64,000 nucleotides of DNA, from positions 125 to 64,124 of the forward strand of contig CAYUQR010000015.1 of the NCBI GenBank assembly GCA_964446825.1, written 5' to 3'. The first letter of the stretch is position 1, and each line of letters starts with the position of its first letter. The position numbers were made by a program, and so were the translations under genes. Of this stretch, positions 48,099 to 57,754 are shown one piece after another. Below the pieces are notes generated by a model. That model saw nothing but the letters and a program-made list of their open reading frames with translations, made no database searches and was not told where the DNA came from. The stretch is from an uncultured Rikenellaceae bacterium. Lineage in GTDB: Bacteria > Bacteroidota > Bacteroidia > Bacteroidales > VadinHA17.

Positions 48099-49160
48099 TC
48101 AATCCTTTTTTGGTGTGTTCCAATACGTCTCGAGAGTACTGCCACTATATTCAACAACAGAATCCGGATGTCCTGGTATCAGTGGAGCCTGAATTCCTGA
48201 ATTAAAAAAGCGATTCCCCCTGAATACTCTTGCCTCATCCCATAAACCGCTCTCTATAAAATGATTAAGTACTTTTGCGCCTCCCTCAATGAATAACGAT
48301 TGTATTCCCTCTTTGTACAGATATTCCACTATCTGAAAAGAGGAAGGAGAGTTGTCGCTCAGTTTCACCATTCTGGCATCAGGTATCTTCATCTGAATAT
48401 TATGAGTAAATACTATCAGCGTGCTTTTAGCTTCTCCAGCTGTCAGATCAGCCCCCAGCTTTCCCGAAGCGCTGAGGATTATTCTCAGGGGATCATTCCC
48501 TTTCCACTCTCTTACGTTGAGCCTGGGATTGTCTGCTCTTACAGTTCCGGCTCCTACAAGAATTGCCTGTTCCGAAGCTCTCCATTTATGTACAAGCACT
48601 CTTTCAGGCTTACCCGATATCCAGTGCGGTCCTGTTTTATTATCATCCGATCTCAATATATCTATGTATCCATCAGCACTCTGAGCCCATTTCAGTGTAA
48701 TATAGGGCCTCTTTTTTTCATTAAAGGTGAAAAACCTTCTGTTAAGCCACCTGCACTCTTCCTCAATAACACCTGTAACAACCTCACAACCTGCTGCTTT
48801 TAGTTTCTTAACTCCTTCACCTGATACTTTTTCACTTGTATCAATTGTACCAATCACTACTTTTGGAATAGAACCGGCTATAATATAATCAGAACAGGGA
48901 GGTGTTTTCCCAAAATGAGAACATGGTTCAAGATTGACATACAAAGTTGAATCTTTCAATTTTGATTTATCGGCGACACTGTTTATTGCAATAACTTCTG
49001 CATGAGGCCTACCTGCTTTAAGATGGTAACCTTCTCCAATAATTTTACCATCATGAACAATAACTGACCCTACCAGAGGGTTTGGATAAGTCATGCCTTC
49101 AGCACCTGAAGCAAGCTCAAGGCATCTTCTCATGAATTTATTATCGTCATTCTCTCCCAT
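48099..49160 (-). CDS. ribD: Bifunctional riboflavin biosynthesis protein RibD (deaminase/reductase)
   Basis: 353-aa ORF with zinc deaminase motifs HAEVIA and PCSHFGKTPPC, plus a C-terminal RibD reductase domain. Confidence 0.95.
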   Translation of the reverse strand: MGENDDNKFMRRCLELASGAEGMTYPNPLVGSVIVHDGKIIGEGYHLKAGRPHAEVIAINSVADKSKLKDSTLYVNLEPCSHFGKTPPCSDYIIAGSIPKVVIGTIDTSEKVSGEGVKKLKAAGCEVVTGVIEEECRWLNRRFFTFNEKKRPYITLKWAQSADGYIDILRSDDNKTGPHWISGKPERVLVHKWRASEQAILVGAGTVRADNPRLNVREWKGNDPLRIILSASGKLGADLTAGEAKSTLIVFTHNIQMKIPDARMVKLSDNSPSSFQIVEYLYKEGIQSLFIEGGAKVLNHFIESGLWDEARVFRGNRFFNSGIQAPLIPGHPDSVVEYSGSTLETYWNTPKKD

Positions 49161-49186
49161 TTAACTGAAAACACTAAATTTGACTT

Positions 49187-50053
49187 ATGAGTGTCAATAT
49201 ACACACAATTAAAGATATCAGGTTTTATCTTTTAAAGGAACTTGATAAAATCTACCGGGAACCGGAAACAAGTTCCCTTATAAATATTATCATTAAGACT
49301 GTAACAGGAGTCTCAAAGTTGCATCAGTTATATAATTCTGATGAACCTGTCAGCAAATTGCAGGTTGAAAGAATTATTGAAATCAGTAATGAGCTTAAAA
49401 CCGGTAAACCTGTTCAGTATATACTTGGAGAAACGGATTTCTACGGCTGTAAAATCAGGCTGAACAGCGAAACTCTGATCCCGCGCCAGGAAACAGAAGA
49501 GCTGGTTCATCTTATCATATCTGAAAACAGGAATTACAGGGGGAATATAATTGATCTTGGCAGTGGCTCCGGTTGTATAGCTATTGCTCTTGCTGCCAAT
49601 ATTCCTGGCTCATCGGTCACGGGCATTGATATATCCGAAAGTGCTGTTTCAATGGCAGGAGAAAACGCTTTACTAAATGGGGTGAATGTATCTTTTTTGA
49701 AAAGTGATATATTTACTTTAAATAATAAAACAGTTGGAAAGGCAGGTATTATAGTGAGCAATCCTCCTTACGTTCGTGATTCCGAAAAAAAGTCGATGAA
49801 CAGGAATGTACTCGATTTTGAGCCTCACAGAGCACTCTTTGTCCCGGATTCGAATCCAATGATGTTTTACAGTGCCATATTAAAAGCATCAGAAACAATT
49901 CTCCTCCCGGGTGGCAGACTGTATTTCGAGATAAATGAGGTTATGGGGTCTTCAATGATAGAACTACTTGGATCTGCCGGTTACAGGGGAATTAATGTAA
50001 TTAAGGATATAAATAATAAGGACAGGATTGTGAAAGGAATAAAAGATGTCTGA
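49187..50053 (+). CDS. prmC: Release-factor glutamine N5-methyltransferase
   Basis: 288-aa ORF with SAM motif IDLGSGSGCIA and catalytic NPPY (VSNPPYV). Confidence 0.92.
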   Translation: MSVNIHTIKDIRFYLLKELDKIYREPETSSLINIIIKTVTGVSKLHQLYNSDEPVSKLQVERIIEISNELKTGKPVQYILGETDFYGCKIRLNSETLIPRQETEELVHLIISENRNYRGNIIDLGSGSGCIAIALAANIPGSSVTGIDISESAVSMAGENALLNGVNVSFLKSDIFTLNNKTVGKAGIIVSNPPYVRDSEKKSMNRNVLDFEPHRALFVPDSNPMMFYSAILKASETILLPGGRLYFEINEVMGSSMIELLGSAGYRGINVIKDINNKDRIVKGIKDV

Positions 50054-50513
50054 GAATACACTATATAAAACTGCACTCGCCAGGGCGATGGCTCACTGTT
50101 CCCGAAGGGAATATTGTATCGATGATATACGTAAAAAATTACAAGCATGGGAGGTAAGTAACAGGGATTCCGAAAAGATAATTTCTGTCCTGATCAAAGA
50201 AAATTTCATAAACGAGTCACGATATGCAATAGCTTATGTGAGGGATAAATTTAAATATAACAAGTGGGGCAAAGTTAAAATCGCGGCCCATTTAAAAAGC
50301 AGGAAGATCCCTCATGATTTAATAAATTCAGCACTTGATATAATAGATAATGAGTCATATATAAAATTTTTGAAAGAGCTTATCCAGGGACACAGAAAGA
50401 CAGTGAGAGCTAAAAATCAGTATGACCTGAAGGCAAAGCTATTGCGGTACGGATTATCAAAAGGTTTTGAAAGCAGTTTGCTTTACGATATTTTGAATGA
50501 TCTTGAAGACTAA
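50046..50513 (+). CDS. recX: Regulatory protein RecX
   Basis: 155-aa helical-repeat ORF (YCSRREYCIDDIRKKL..., INESRYAIAYVRDKF...). Overlaps prmC by 8 bp. Confidence 0.8.
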   Translation: MSENTLYKTALARAMAHCSRREYCIDDIRKKLQAWEVSNRDSEKIISVLIKENFINESRYAIAYVRDKFKYNKWGKVKIAAHLKSRKIPHDLINSALDIIDNESYIKFLKELIQGHRKTVRAKNQYDLKAKLLRYGLSKGFESSLLYDILNDLED

Positions 50514-50518
50514 ATATT

Positions 50519-50971
50519 TTACAAACCTGAAAATATTCTCGCTATAAACGGCCAGAATGCAATAAGGAAGATCAGTCCCGATCCGATGCAGTCGATAATG
50601 ATCAACTGTTTGCGGGTATCGGGATATTTAATATAGAAAGCTGAGAAGGCAATTCTGAGAATAAGCTGTGAAAAGAAAAAAAGGAACACTCTCAGACCAT
50701 ATATGTTCCATTTGAATGCCTCATCTATCCTGCCTCGTACAATAAGGGAGAAACTATGAGACAACCCGCATGAGACACATGGCTGACCGGTAAGTTTTTC
50801 ATGTATACACACAACCGGGTAGTTATTCTTTTCGGGAGAAAAAATGCCGGAGTAAGCTATTATCAGCAATATTACCCCGGCAAAAAATATATTGATAATA
50901 AGGTAAGGTTCTTTTCTGATCCTTGCCTTAAAAGTCAGCTTTGAATTACTTTTTCTTTTGTAAAGTGTCAT
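50519..50971 (-). CDS. DUF2752-like membrane protein
   Basis: Motif CIHEKLTGQPCVSCGLSHSF followed by TM helices. Start uncertain (track 51022; internal MTLYKRK at 50971); either one overlaps the upstream gene. Confidence 0.6.
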   Translation of the reverse strand: MTLYKRKSNSKLTFKARIRKEPYLIINIFFAGVILLIIAYSGIFSPEKNNYPVVCIHEKLTGQPCVSCGLSHSFSLIVRGRIDEAFKWNIYGLRVFLFFFSQLILRIAFSAFYIKYPDTRKQLIIIDCIGSGLIFLIAFWPFIARIFSGL

Positions 50972-51455
50972 TCTTTTGCAAAGTATCTTCCTTTTGTTTG
51001 TTTCCGCCTTCAAGATCTTCAAGCTTGTGCTCCATATCTTCTTTCTTGGGACTGGTTGTTATTTCAACTTTGTCGCCATTGCTTTCAACCTTAATGGAGA
51101 CATTTGCATCTTCAAGATTTTTCATTACATTATCCTGCACATCATTAATGACATTCTGAATGTCTCCCGGCCATTTACCGGCATGTTGGGCGATCTTCCC
51201 TGCAACAAATATCTGCGAAAAAGAAATCATTGTAGCAATTATCCCGATTATCAGTCCGGCAATCAGTACTCCCTTAGGAGAATCATTTCTTGATGCCTGG
51301 GAAAGACCAACCGATGCAAGAATAATTGCAATGATACCGGGTATAATAGCAATCAGACCCACACAGGGAATGACTGCAAGGACAAATGTTATTATTGCTG
51401 TAATAAGTGCAGCAATCCCCAGATTTTGACCCGTGTTGTTTCGTACCTCTTCCAT
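50946..51455 (-). CDS. DUF4190-like small membrane protein with an acidic C-terminal tail
   Basis: 169-aa ORF with two glycine/isoleucine-rich TM hairpins (IAALITAIITFVLAVIPCVGLIAIIPGIIAIILASVG). The C-terminal DTLQKNDTLQKKK comes from an 18-bp duplication. Confidence 0.6.
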   Translation of the reverse strand: MEEVRNNTGQNLGIAALITAIITFVLAVIPCVGLIAIIPGIIAIILASVGLSQASRNDSPKGVLIAGLIIGIIATMISFSQIFVAGKIAQHAGKWPGDIQNVINDVQDNVMKNLEDANVSIKVESNGDKVEITTSPKKEDMEHKLEDLEGGNKQKEDTLQKNDTLQKKK

Positions 51456-51475
51456 GATATTAAAATTATTTGTTT

Positions 51476-52051
51476 TTATTCATTCCTGCTAAGGATGTTT
51501 ACCATATCCTGTTCTAAAGACGTCGAAGGATTCTCAATGATGCGTCCGGCTTCAATATTATTTTTATAAATAATAAAAGTTGGCACTCTGTGGATATCCA
51601 GATTGGAGTATTCACCAACCGGCGACTGCTTTAAATCATCCACACCTATAAAAGTAACTCTTTCTTCAGGAAAATGCCAGGCATCCAGTATTCTCAGAAA
51701 ACGTGGGGTTTCCCTTCTGCTGTCAGGACACCATGTCCCCATTACAATTTTTATGGTAATCCCGTCTGTCCCTATTTCCAGCAATTTGCTGATCGCATTA
51801 CTATTCATCTGATAATCATCATATCCTTTAAGAAACCATGTGGAATATGGAGGACTGGTCAGCCTGTTCCGGGTAAAGTAACCCATAATCCACGTAGATT
51901 GTTCAGAAAAATTCTCATGCAGTGGAACAGTATCCCTGACAGCTGATAAACCCCCGGCGGTTTCCTTATTTAACTGGGCAACAGCAGTCATAGTCGTATA
52001 ACCGCTGAAACAAAGAACCAGGAAAATGAACAAAAAATAAATTCTTTTCAT
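51476..52051 (-). CDS. Secreted thioredoxin-fold protein (monothiol WCPDS motif)
   Basis: 191-aa ORF with a signal peptide and GTWCPDSRRETPRF (CxxS rather than CxxC). Confidence 0.7.
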   Translation of the reverse strand: MKRIYFLFIFLVLCFSGYTTMTAVAQLNKETAGGLSAVRDTVPLHENFSEQSTWIMGYFTRNRLTSPPYSTWFLKGYDDYQMNSNAISKLLEIGTDGITIKIVMGTWCPDSRRETPRFLRILDAWHFPEERVTFIGVDDLKQSPVGEYSNLDIHRVPTFIIYKNNIEAGRIIENPSTSLEQDMVNILSRNE

Positions 52052-52140
52052 TTAGAAAAATTGAAGATTACAAATTAAAAGGATTTTTTTTAATGCATAT
52101 TATAATTAGGTGAGAATATGCTTTAACGATGAAATTGTTT

Positions 52141-53787
52141 CTAATTACCGGGTTTTTTAATCCTCTGGGTATAGTAAATTGAGATCCCTATTGATAAGGC
52201 AGCCAGGAAAAGTAATGCCAGTACACGGTATATCAGCTCAATCCTCGCAAGGTCAACTATAAACAGATAAACAGCTGCACAAATCAGGGTTCCAAGCGCC
52301 ATATATCTGTATTTCACATTTTTAAGAAGCAAGCTTATTAAAAAATAAAGAAGTGCGGCTATTGTCCAGGAAAATGTTACAAATTGCCTGGGAATAGCGT
52401 GGAATAATGCGAAAAGCACCATAAAAAACCCTTCAATCATATACAGGTTTCTTATCATGTCAGTCTTAATTTGTAAGCGGGAATGCTTCCAGTTTATTAC
52501 CCTGGCCGAAATGAGAGAAATCAGAGCGAATGAAATATTAGCTCCCTCAACGGACTTTGATGAGAAAAGATATATCAGCAGGATTATGAGAAACAATATA
52601 CTATTCATGATTACGATCACCCTGTTGCGAAACCATAATGCCATTGAAACTACAACAAGGCTTTGAACCGAAAGAAGCAGATAAACCTTTGGAAATCCAT
52701 ATAGCCCAAACAGAGCTATACTCATCGCCATAAAACCATATAATGCGTAAAAAGCTGATGCAAAGTTCCATTCATACCTGGAATGCAAAATTATGGAATA
52801 TATAAGACAGGCAATAGTTATTACAGAGAACAGAACTACATAAGTTTTGCTGAAAAATCCTAAGGCAACAAATATGAGCAGAAGAGTATATAATATCCCA
52901 TTGAGTAATGTAATTCCTGTTAAAAAATTATCAGCAGATCCATCGCTCCTCCTTAGCAGTAATGGAATGGAATAAACTGCTGATACTCCCAAAAAATAAA
53001 TTACACCTGAATTTTGAAGTGGTATAAGTTTCAAGGGATGGCCAACGACTGGATTTCCGAGAAGCCATATAAAAGCAGAACTGTATGTAAGAATAATTGC
53101 TGCAATAAGTAAGTGTTTCCAGTTAAACCTGTAATAATAATAAACGCAACCAGCAGCTGTAAGAAATACCAAAGGCAGAATAATATTTGCTGAATCACCT
53201 GCAATCCCGGTTGTCAGCGCAAAAATTACAGATAACGCAGCAAAAGCCTGGGATTTTTCGCGAAATGATAAATATCCCTGAAGAGCAATAAGTAATAACA
53301 GGAGAATTAAAGAAATAGTTTTATTTGAAAGTAACGGTGAATTGGTGAAAAAATGCAACTTGAGAGTGATATAAAAAAGCAGTATCTGGGCATTCATCTT
53401 AAACATAAATGCCAGGTGAACATTTGATTTCTTTAAATAATTTGCTAATAAGTAAATTAAACCGGCAGAAACATATCCAAGCAGAATTGAATAGTAACTG
53501 TGTCCCTGAATCATAAGTAATTGTATCAGAAAGACAAAGCCAAAGAGAAGAACTATATTTCCCAGCCAGGCCAGGCCAATTCGTCCGATTTGTGATTCAA
53601 GACCTTTTTCTTCTTCATCCGTGAGGTCCGAATTAAGAGACTGATCCGAAGTCTGAACTTTCTCTTCATAATTATCCAGATTTTCACCCCCTCTTAATAC
53701 AGATGCAGATTCCAACCGGCCCAGCCTTTTTTCTAATGATTTCAGGCGCTTTTCAATTTTCTCCAATTCATTTTCCAGATCGGCCAT
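52141..53787 (-). CDS. DUF2339-like polytopic membrane protein with N-terminal coiled coil
   Basis: 548-aa ORF. MADLENELEKIEKRLKSLEKRLGRLE is followed by about 16 predicted TM helices. Confidence 0.65.
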   Translation of the reverse strand: MADLENELEKIEKRLKSLEKRLGRLESASVLRGGENLDNYEEKVQTSDQSLNSDLTDEEEKGLESQIGRIGLAWLGNIVLLFGFVFLIQLLMIQGHSYYSILLGYVSAGLIYLLANYLKKSNVHLAFMFKMNAQILLFYITLKLHFFTNSPLLSNKTISLILLLLLIALQGYLSFREKSQAFAALSVIFALTTGIAGDSANIILPLVFLTAAGCVYYYYRFNWKHLLIAAIILTYSSAFIWLLGNPVVGHPLKLIPLQNSGVIYFLGVSAVYSIPLLLRRSDGSADNFLTGITLLNGILYTLLLIFVALGFFSKTYVVLFSVITIACLIYSIILHSRYEWNFASAFYALYGFMAMSIALFGLYGFPKVYLLLSVQSLVVVSMALWFRNRVIVIMNSILFLIILLIYLFSSKSVEGANISFALISLISARVINWKHSRLQIKTDMIRNLYMIEGFFMVLFALFHAIPRQFVTFSWTIAALLYFLISLLLKNVKYRYMALGTLICAAVYLFIVDLARIELIYRVLALLFLAALSIGISIYYTQRIKKPGN

Positions 53788-54266
53788 ATTATGAAAATTA
53801 TTTTATTCATGGTCTGCCAAGAATGCAGAAACCTGATTTTTCAGATGCAATATGAGAATAAAAACCATAATCATAAACTAAAAACTGCTTTCAAAAAAAT
53901 TGAAACTCATGAAATGTATAATTATTATTCGAATTACCAATTTGTATATGATAAATATGAGCCTATAATAATATGATTTTAATTTATTATTAAATTGACC
54001 CGTGATTTTTTTAATCTTAATTTCATTATTGGGAAACGGATTTAACAGATATCTTCTCAATGAATCAAATATAATAAAGAATGATGATGTCTGTTAAAGT
54101 ATTCATAAAGATTAACTTAATACCAAAAATTGAAAATAATTCAATATTGTGCTTAAATTAGTATATTGGCTGTTTCAGAATATCTTATTACATGCTTAAT
54201 GTTCTTTACTTCTGACAATTAGTCCCTTTTTTAAAAATGTTATGTTAATTGAAAAAGCAATAAAAG

Positions 54267-54845
54267 ATGAAAGATATCTTCAAAACATTATTTAAAATAC
54301 ATTCCTTACTTTTTTTGTCAGTGTCTATTATTATTATCAGTTGTAACGATACACCCGAAGTATATAATTTAGGTCAGACTGTTACATCCCCCCTGGAGGG
54401 TGCGGCTAACAAAAGTCATGAAGAAATTGCCGTATCTCCTCCTCCGTTTTCCGATGGCATTTTCCCATGCAATGACTGTCATGCATTTCAAAAACCAAAT
54501 CCGGTAAGAAGAACTTTGACATGGCATGAAGATATTACGGAAATATTTAATCATGACAGCAAGAACCGATGGTGTCTCGACTGCCATGATCTTAATAACA
54601 GGGATTCATTAAGACTTGCCAGCGGGAAATTACTGGATTTCAAGGAATCCTATAAGTTATGCGGTCAGTGTCATGGTGATAAATTAAGGGATTGGAAGGT
54701 AGGAGTTCATGGAAAAAGAACCGGATACTGGAATGGGCCAAAGCAGTACTATCTATGTGTAAGTTGTCATAATCCTCATTCTCCTAAATTTAAACCTATT
54801 AAACCGGAACCTCCTCCGTTCAGGGAGGATGAACAAATTAAATAG
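54267..54845 (+). CDS. Tetraheme c-type cytochrome (cytochrome c3/NrfB/DsrJ-like), lipoprotein
   Basis: 192-aa ORF with lipobox IIISC and four CxxCH motifs: CNDCH, CLDCH, CGQCH, CVSCH. Confidence 0.88.
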   Translation: MKDIFKTLFKIHSLLFLSVSIIIISCNDTPEVYNLGQTVTSPLEGAANKSHEEIAVSPPPFSDGIFPCNDCHAFQKPNPVRRTLTWHEDITEIFNHDSKNRWCLDCHDLNNRDSLRLASGKLLDFKESYKLCGQCHGDKLRDWKVGVHGKRTGYWNGPKQYYLCVSCHNPHSPKFKPIKPEPPPFREDEQIK

Positions 54846-54867
54846 AAATGGGTAAAAACTGATATTT

Positions 54868-55767
54868 ATGAAGAAACCAGTTAATTATTCAGGCCGTCGA
54901 AAATTTTTAAAGAACCTGTCATTATTTGCAGTTGGTTCTTTAGCGCTTTCCGGATGCGGCCAGGTTACAATGAAAGAATTTTTACAGAAAAATTTCAGAA
55001 CCTTATCTAAAAAAGAGAAAGATGATATTATAAAGGCCCTGGAAAAAAAATACACAGCCAAGTATGGTAAAGAATTCCATGTAACAGATGAACCTGCAGC
55101 CGATGGAGTAGAATTTGGCTATGCGCTTGATTTATCAAGATGTATCGGATGCAGAAGATGCGTATATGCCTGTGTAAAAGAAAATAATCAATCGCGTGAT
55201 CCTCAGATTCAATATATTCAGGTCTTGCAGATGGAAAAGGAAAAAGGCATTGACTTTGCCCATTCCGACGTTCATTATAATCCTGAATTAGTACCTGAAG
55301 AAGGCTATTTTTATGTTCCTGTCCAATGTCAGCAATGCAGAAATCCTCAATGTACTGAGGTCTGTCCTGTAAAAGCTACATGGCAGGAGCCCGACGGAGT
55401 TGTTGTTGTTGATTATAACTGGTGTATTGGCTGCAGATATTGTATGGCTGCCTGTCCTTATGGAGCAAGACATTTTAACTGGGGCGAACCCTATATTCCG
55501 GCTGCGGAAATAAATCCGGAAACTCACTATTTAGGAAACAGACCAAGGATGAAGGGTGTAGTTGAAAAATGCACCTTCTGTATAAAAAGGGTGAGGGATG
55601 GTAAATATCCCGCATGCGTCGAAATATGTCCGGTTGGCGCAAGAAAATTTGGGAATTTACTGGATCCTGAGAGTGAAATCCGTTATATCCTGGCAAATAA
55701 AAGGGTACTTGTGTTAAAGCAGGAACTTAACACCCAACCAAGATTTTACTATTTCTTCGGAGTATAA
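54868..55767 (+). CDS. TAT-exported 4x[4Fe-4S] ferredoxin-like subunit (NrfC/HybA/PsrB/DsrO family)
   Basis: Twin-arginine signal GRRKFLKNL. Four cluster motifs: CIGCRRCVYAC, CQQCRNPQCTEVCP, CIGCRYCMAACP and CTFC...CVEICP. Confidence 0.9.
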   Translation: MKKPVNYSGRRKFLKNLSLFAVGSLALSGCGQVTMKEFLQKNFRTLSKKEKDDIIKALEKKYTAKYGKEFHVTDEPAADGVEFGYALDLSRCIGCRRCVYACVKENNQSRDPQIQYIQVLQMEKEKGIDFAHSDVHYNPELVPEEGYFYVPVQCQQCRNPQCTEVCPVKATWQEPDGVVVVDYNWCIGCRYCMAACPYGARHFNWGEPYIPAAEINPETHYLGNRPRMKGVVEKCTFCIKRVRDGKYPACVEICPVGARKFGNLLDPESEIRYILANKRVLVLKQELNTQPRFYYFFGV

Positions 55768-55807
55768 ATAAATTTATTCTGCAAGTAATAAATAAAAAAT
55801 TAATCAT

Positions 55808-57064
55808 ATGAATTTCTTTCGATTTGTAAGGGGCGTTTTCAAAATAATCACTAAAGGAAGTTCAGCATATTACGCATGGATAACTTTTCTGATTTTATTA
55901 ATTGTCTGGGGGGGATTTGGTTATGCCAACCAATTGGCTCACGGACTAATCGTAACTCATATGCGAGATTCAGTCTCATGGGGATTTTATATCGGAAATT
56001 TCACATTTTTAGTAGGAGTTGCTGCTGCTTCTGTAATGCTGGTAATTCCGGCATATGTTTATCACTGGAAACCAATCAAAGAAATTGTGATTTTTGGAGA
56101 ATTATTAGCCATATGCGCTGTTATTATGTGCCTGTGTTTCATTATTGTTGATATCGGGAATCCCTTAAGATTCTGGCATATGCTTCCAGGAATTGGTATC
56201 CTGAACTTCCCTTCATCACTTTTATCATGGGACTTTTTCGTTCTGAATTCCTATTTTATACTCAATTTAATCATTGTGGTTTATTTATTGTATTGTCATT
56301 TTTACAAGAAAGAATACAAAGTATCGTTTGTGAGGCCTCTTGTATTATTCAGTATACCTATGGCAATCGCAATTCATACAGTTACAGCCTTCTTATTCAA
56401 TGCCTTACCCGGACGACCATTTTGGAACAGTGCCCTTCTGGCTCCCAGGTTCTTAGCCTCTGCTTTTTGTTCAGGTCCGGCAATACTCCTTATTCTTTTC
56501 CAGATTTTACGCAAAATAACAAAGTTCGAAATAAAAGATGAAGCAATCTGGAGAATAGCTGAATTAATGGTATATGCTATGTTTATATATCTGTTTTTCA
56601 CTGTAGCGGAACTTTTCAAAGAATTTTACTCGGGAACCGAAAATATTTTGTACTGGAAATATCTACTGTTCGGGATTGGAAAAAATCATGAAATTGTTGT
56701 TTATAGCTGGTCTTCAATAATAATGGGGAGCGTCGCGTTTCTGCTATTCCTTATTCCAAGTACACGAAAAAATTTCCTGACACTTAATATCGGAGCTGTT
56801 CTGATTTACGGTAGCGTATATATTGAAAAAGGAATAGCTTTGATAGTTCCGGGATTCACTCCTGACACGTTAGGACAAATATATGTTTATACTCCTTCTA
56901 TCACTGAAGTCAAGACTGCAGTAATGATATTTTCAAGCGGCTTTTTACTTTTTACATTTCTGAGTAAAATAGCAATAGCAATTGTTTTTGAAGATTACTG
57001 CATAGATGATCTCAGTTCAAAGAAAAGGGAAGATAAGTTGAAAGAAATCACCATAGCCATGTAA
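55808..57064 (+). CDS. NrfD/PsrC-family integral membrane quinone-interacting subunit
   Basis: 418-aa ORF with about 10 TM helices. Its position after the cytochrome c and FeS subunits is typical of NrfD-like complexes. Confidence 0.8.
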   Translation: MNFFRFVRGVFKIITKGSSAYYAWITFLILLIVWGGFGYANQLAHGLIVTHMRDSVSWGFYIGNFTFLVGVAAASVMLVIPAYVYHWKPIKEIVIFGELLAICAVIMCLCFIIVDIGNPLRFWHMLPGIGILNFPSSLLSWDFFVLNSYFILNLIIVVYLLYCHFYKKEYKVSFVRPLVLFSIPMAIAIHTVTAFLFNALPGRPFWNSALLAPRFLASAFCSGPAILLILFQILRKITKFEIKDEAIWRIAELMVYAMFIYLFFTVAELFKEFYSGTENILYWKYLLFGIGKNHEIVVYSWSSIIMGSVAFLLFLIPSTRKNFLTLNIGAVLIYGSVYIEKGIALIVPGFTPDTLGQIYVYTPSITEVKTAVMIFSSGFLLFTFLSKIAIAIVFEDYCIDDLSSKKREDKLKEITIAM

Positions 57065-57139
57065 GAAAAGCAGCGTTTTGAAGTTTATAATTGATCAGAA
57101 CATTAGATTAATATTGATAAGCAATCCGAGTAAAAAAAT

Positions 57140-57174
57140 AAAAGCCGTCCTTTTCGGAACGGCTTTTATTTTCA
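57140..57174. terminator. Hairpin between convergent genes (likely bidirectional terminator)
   Basis: AAAAGCCGTCC TTTTC GGAACGGCTTTT (57140..57166) forms a ~9-11 bp stem. It is flanked by an A-run upstream (AAAAAAATAAAA) and a T-run downstream (TTTTATTTT). Confidence 0.7.
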
Positions 57175-57189
57175 GAAGATGTATTTATA

Positions 57190-57594
57190 TTATTTCTTTA
57201 ATGATCTTAAATAGTTAACAATTTGCCAGAGTCCGTTATCATCAATTTTACCCTCGTATTTGGGCATATCTCCACGACCGGCTCTAGATTTATAAAACAG
57301 TTCACCATCAGTTTGACTCTGGCATTCCGTTGTCAGAAAACTTGCAACATGGGTTTTTAATCCTTTAGATTTTGGACCATCGCCTAAACCAGTTCTCCCA
57401 TGACATGCTGCGCAATTCTTATTAAAAAGATCCTTCCCTGCCTGAATACTTGCTGCATCTGATTTAACAGGATTTTGCATAGTTTTGAAATCTGCCGGCA
57501 CCACCCATGGCTTTGATTTCTGTCCAACAGAAGTCGCTGAAATTCCAAAGATCAGTACAACACCTATGATCATAATCTGTTTTAAATTTTTCAT
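57190..57594 (-). CDS. Monoheme class I cytochrome c, secreted
   Basis: 134-aa ORF with a signal peptide, a single CAACHG heme site and a distal Met region (GDMPKY). Confidence 0.85.
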   Translation of the reverse strand: MKNLKQIMIIGVVLIFGISATSVGQKSKPWVVPADFKTMQNPVKSDAASIQAGKDLFNKNCAACHGRTGLGDGPKSKGLKTHVASFLTTECQSQTDGELFYKSRAGRGDMPKYEGKIDDNGLWQIVNYLRSLKK

Positions 57595-57754
57595 ATTTCT
57601 ATATTTTTAAGATTTTGTTCAAAGTTAGAAGATAATATGCAATTCCGACAATTTTTCCTTGAATTATTTAGATGCTAATTACAAGCAAGGAATAAATTTT
57701 TATCTGCTTTACAATATGCTGACTTGAAATAACGCTTTATTCTGTTTACGAATT

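Noticed and set aside
49846-49857. GGATTCGAATCC, a 12-bp palindrome resembling a tRNA T-arm
   Set aside because: It lies in frame inside prmC (VPDSNPMM), with no acceptor or anticodon stems around it. No tRNA is present anywhere in the window by eye.
53788-54266. 61-aa and 60-aa ORFs (53791..53976 +, 53878..54060 -) in the long AT-rich intergenic region upstream of the cytochrome operon
   Set aside because: They are mutually overlapping with Asn/Ile/Lys/Tyr-rich translations typical of random AT-rich sequence. The region is more likely to hold divergent promoters.
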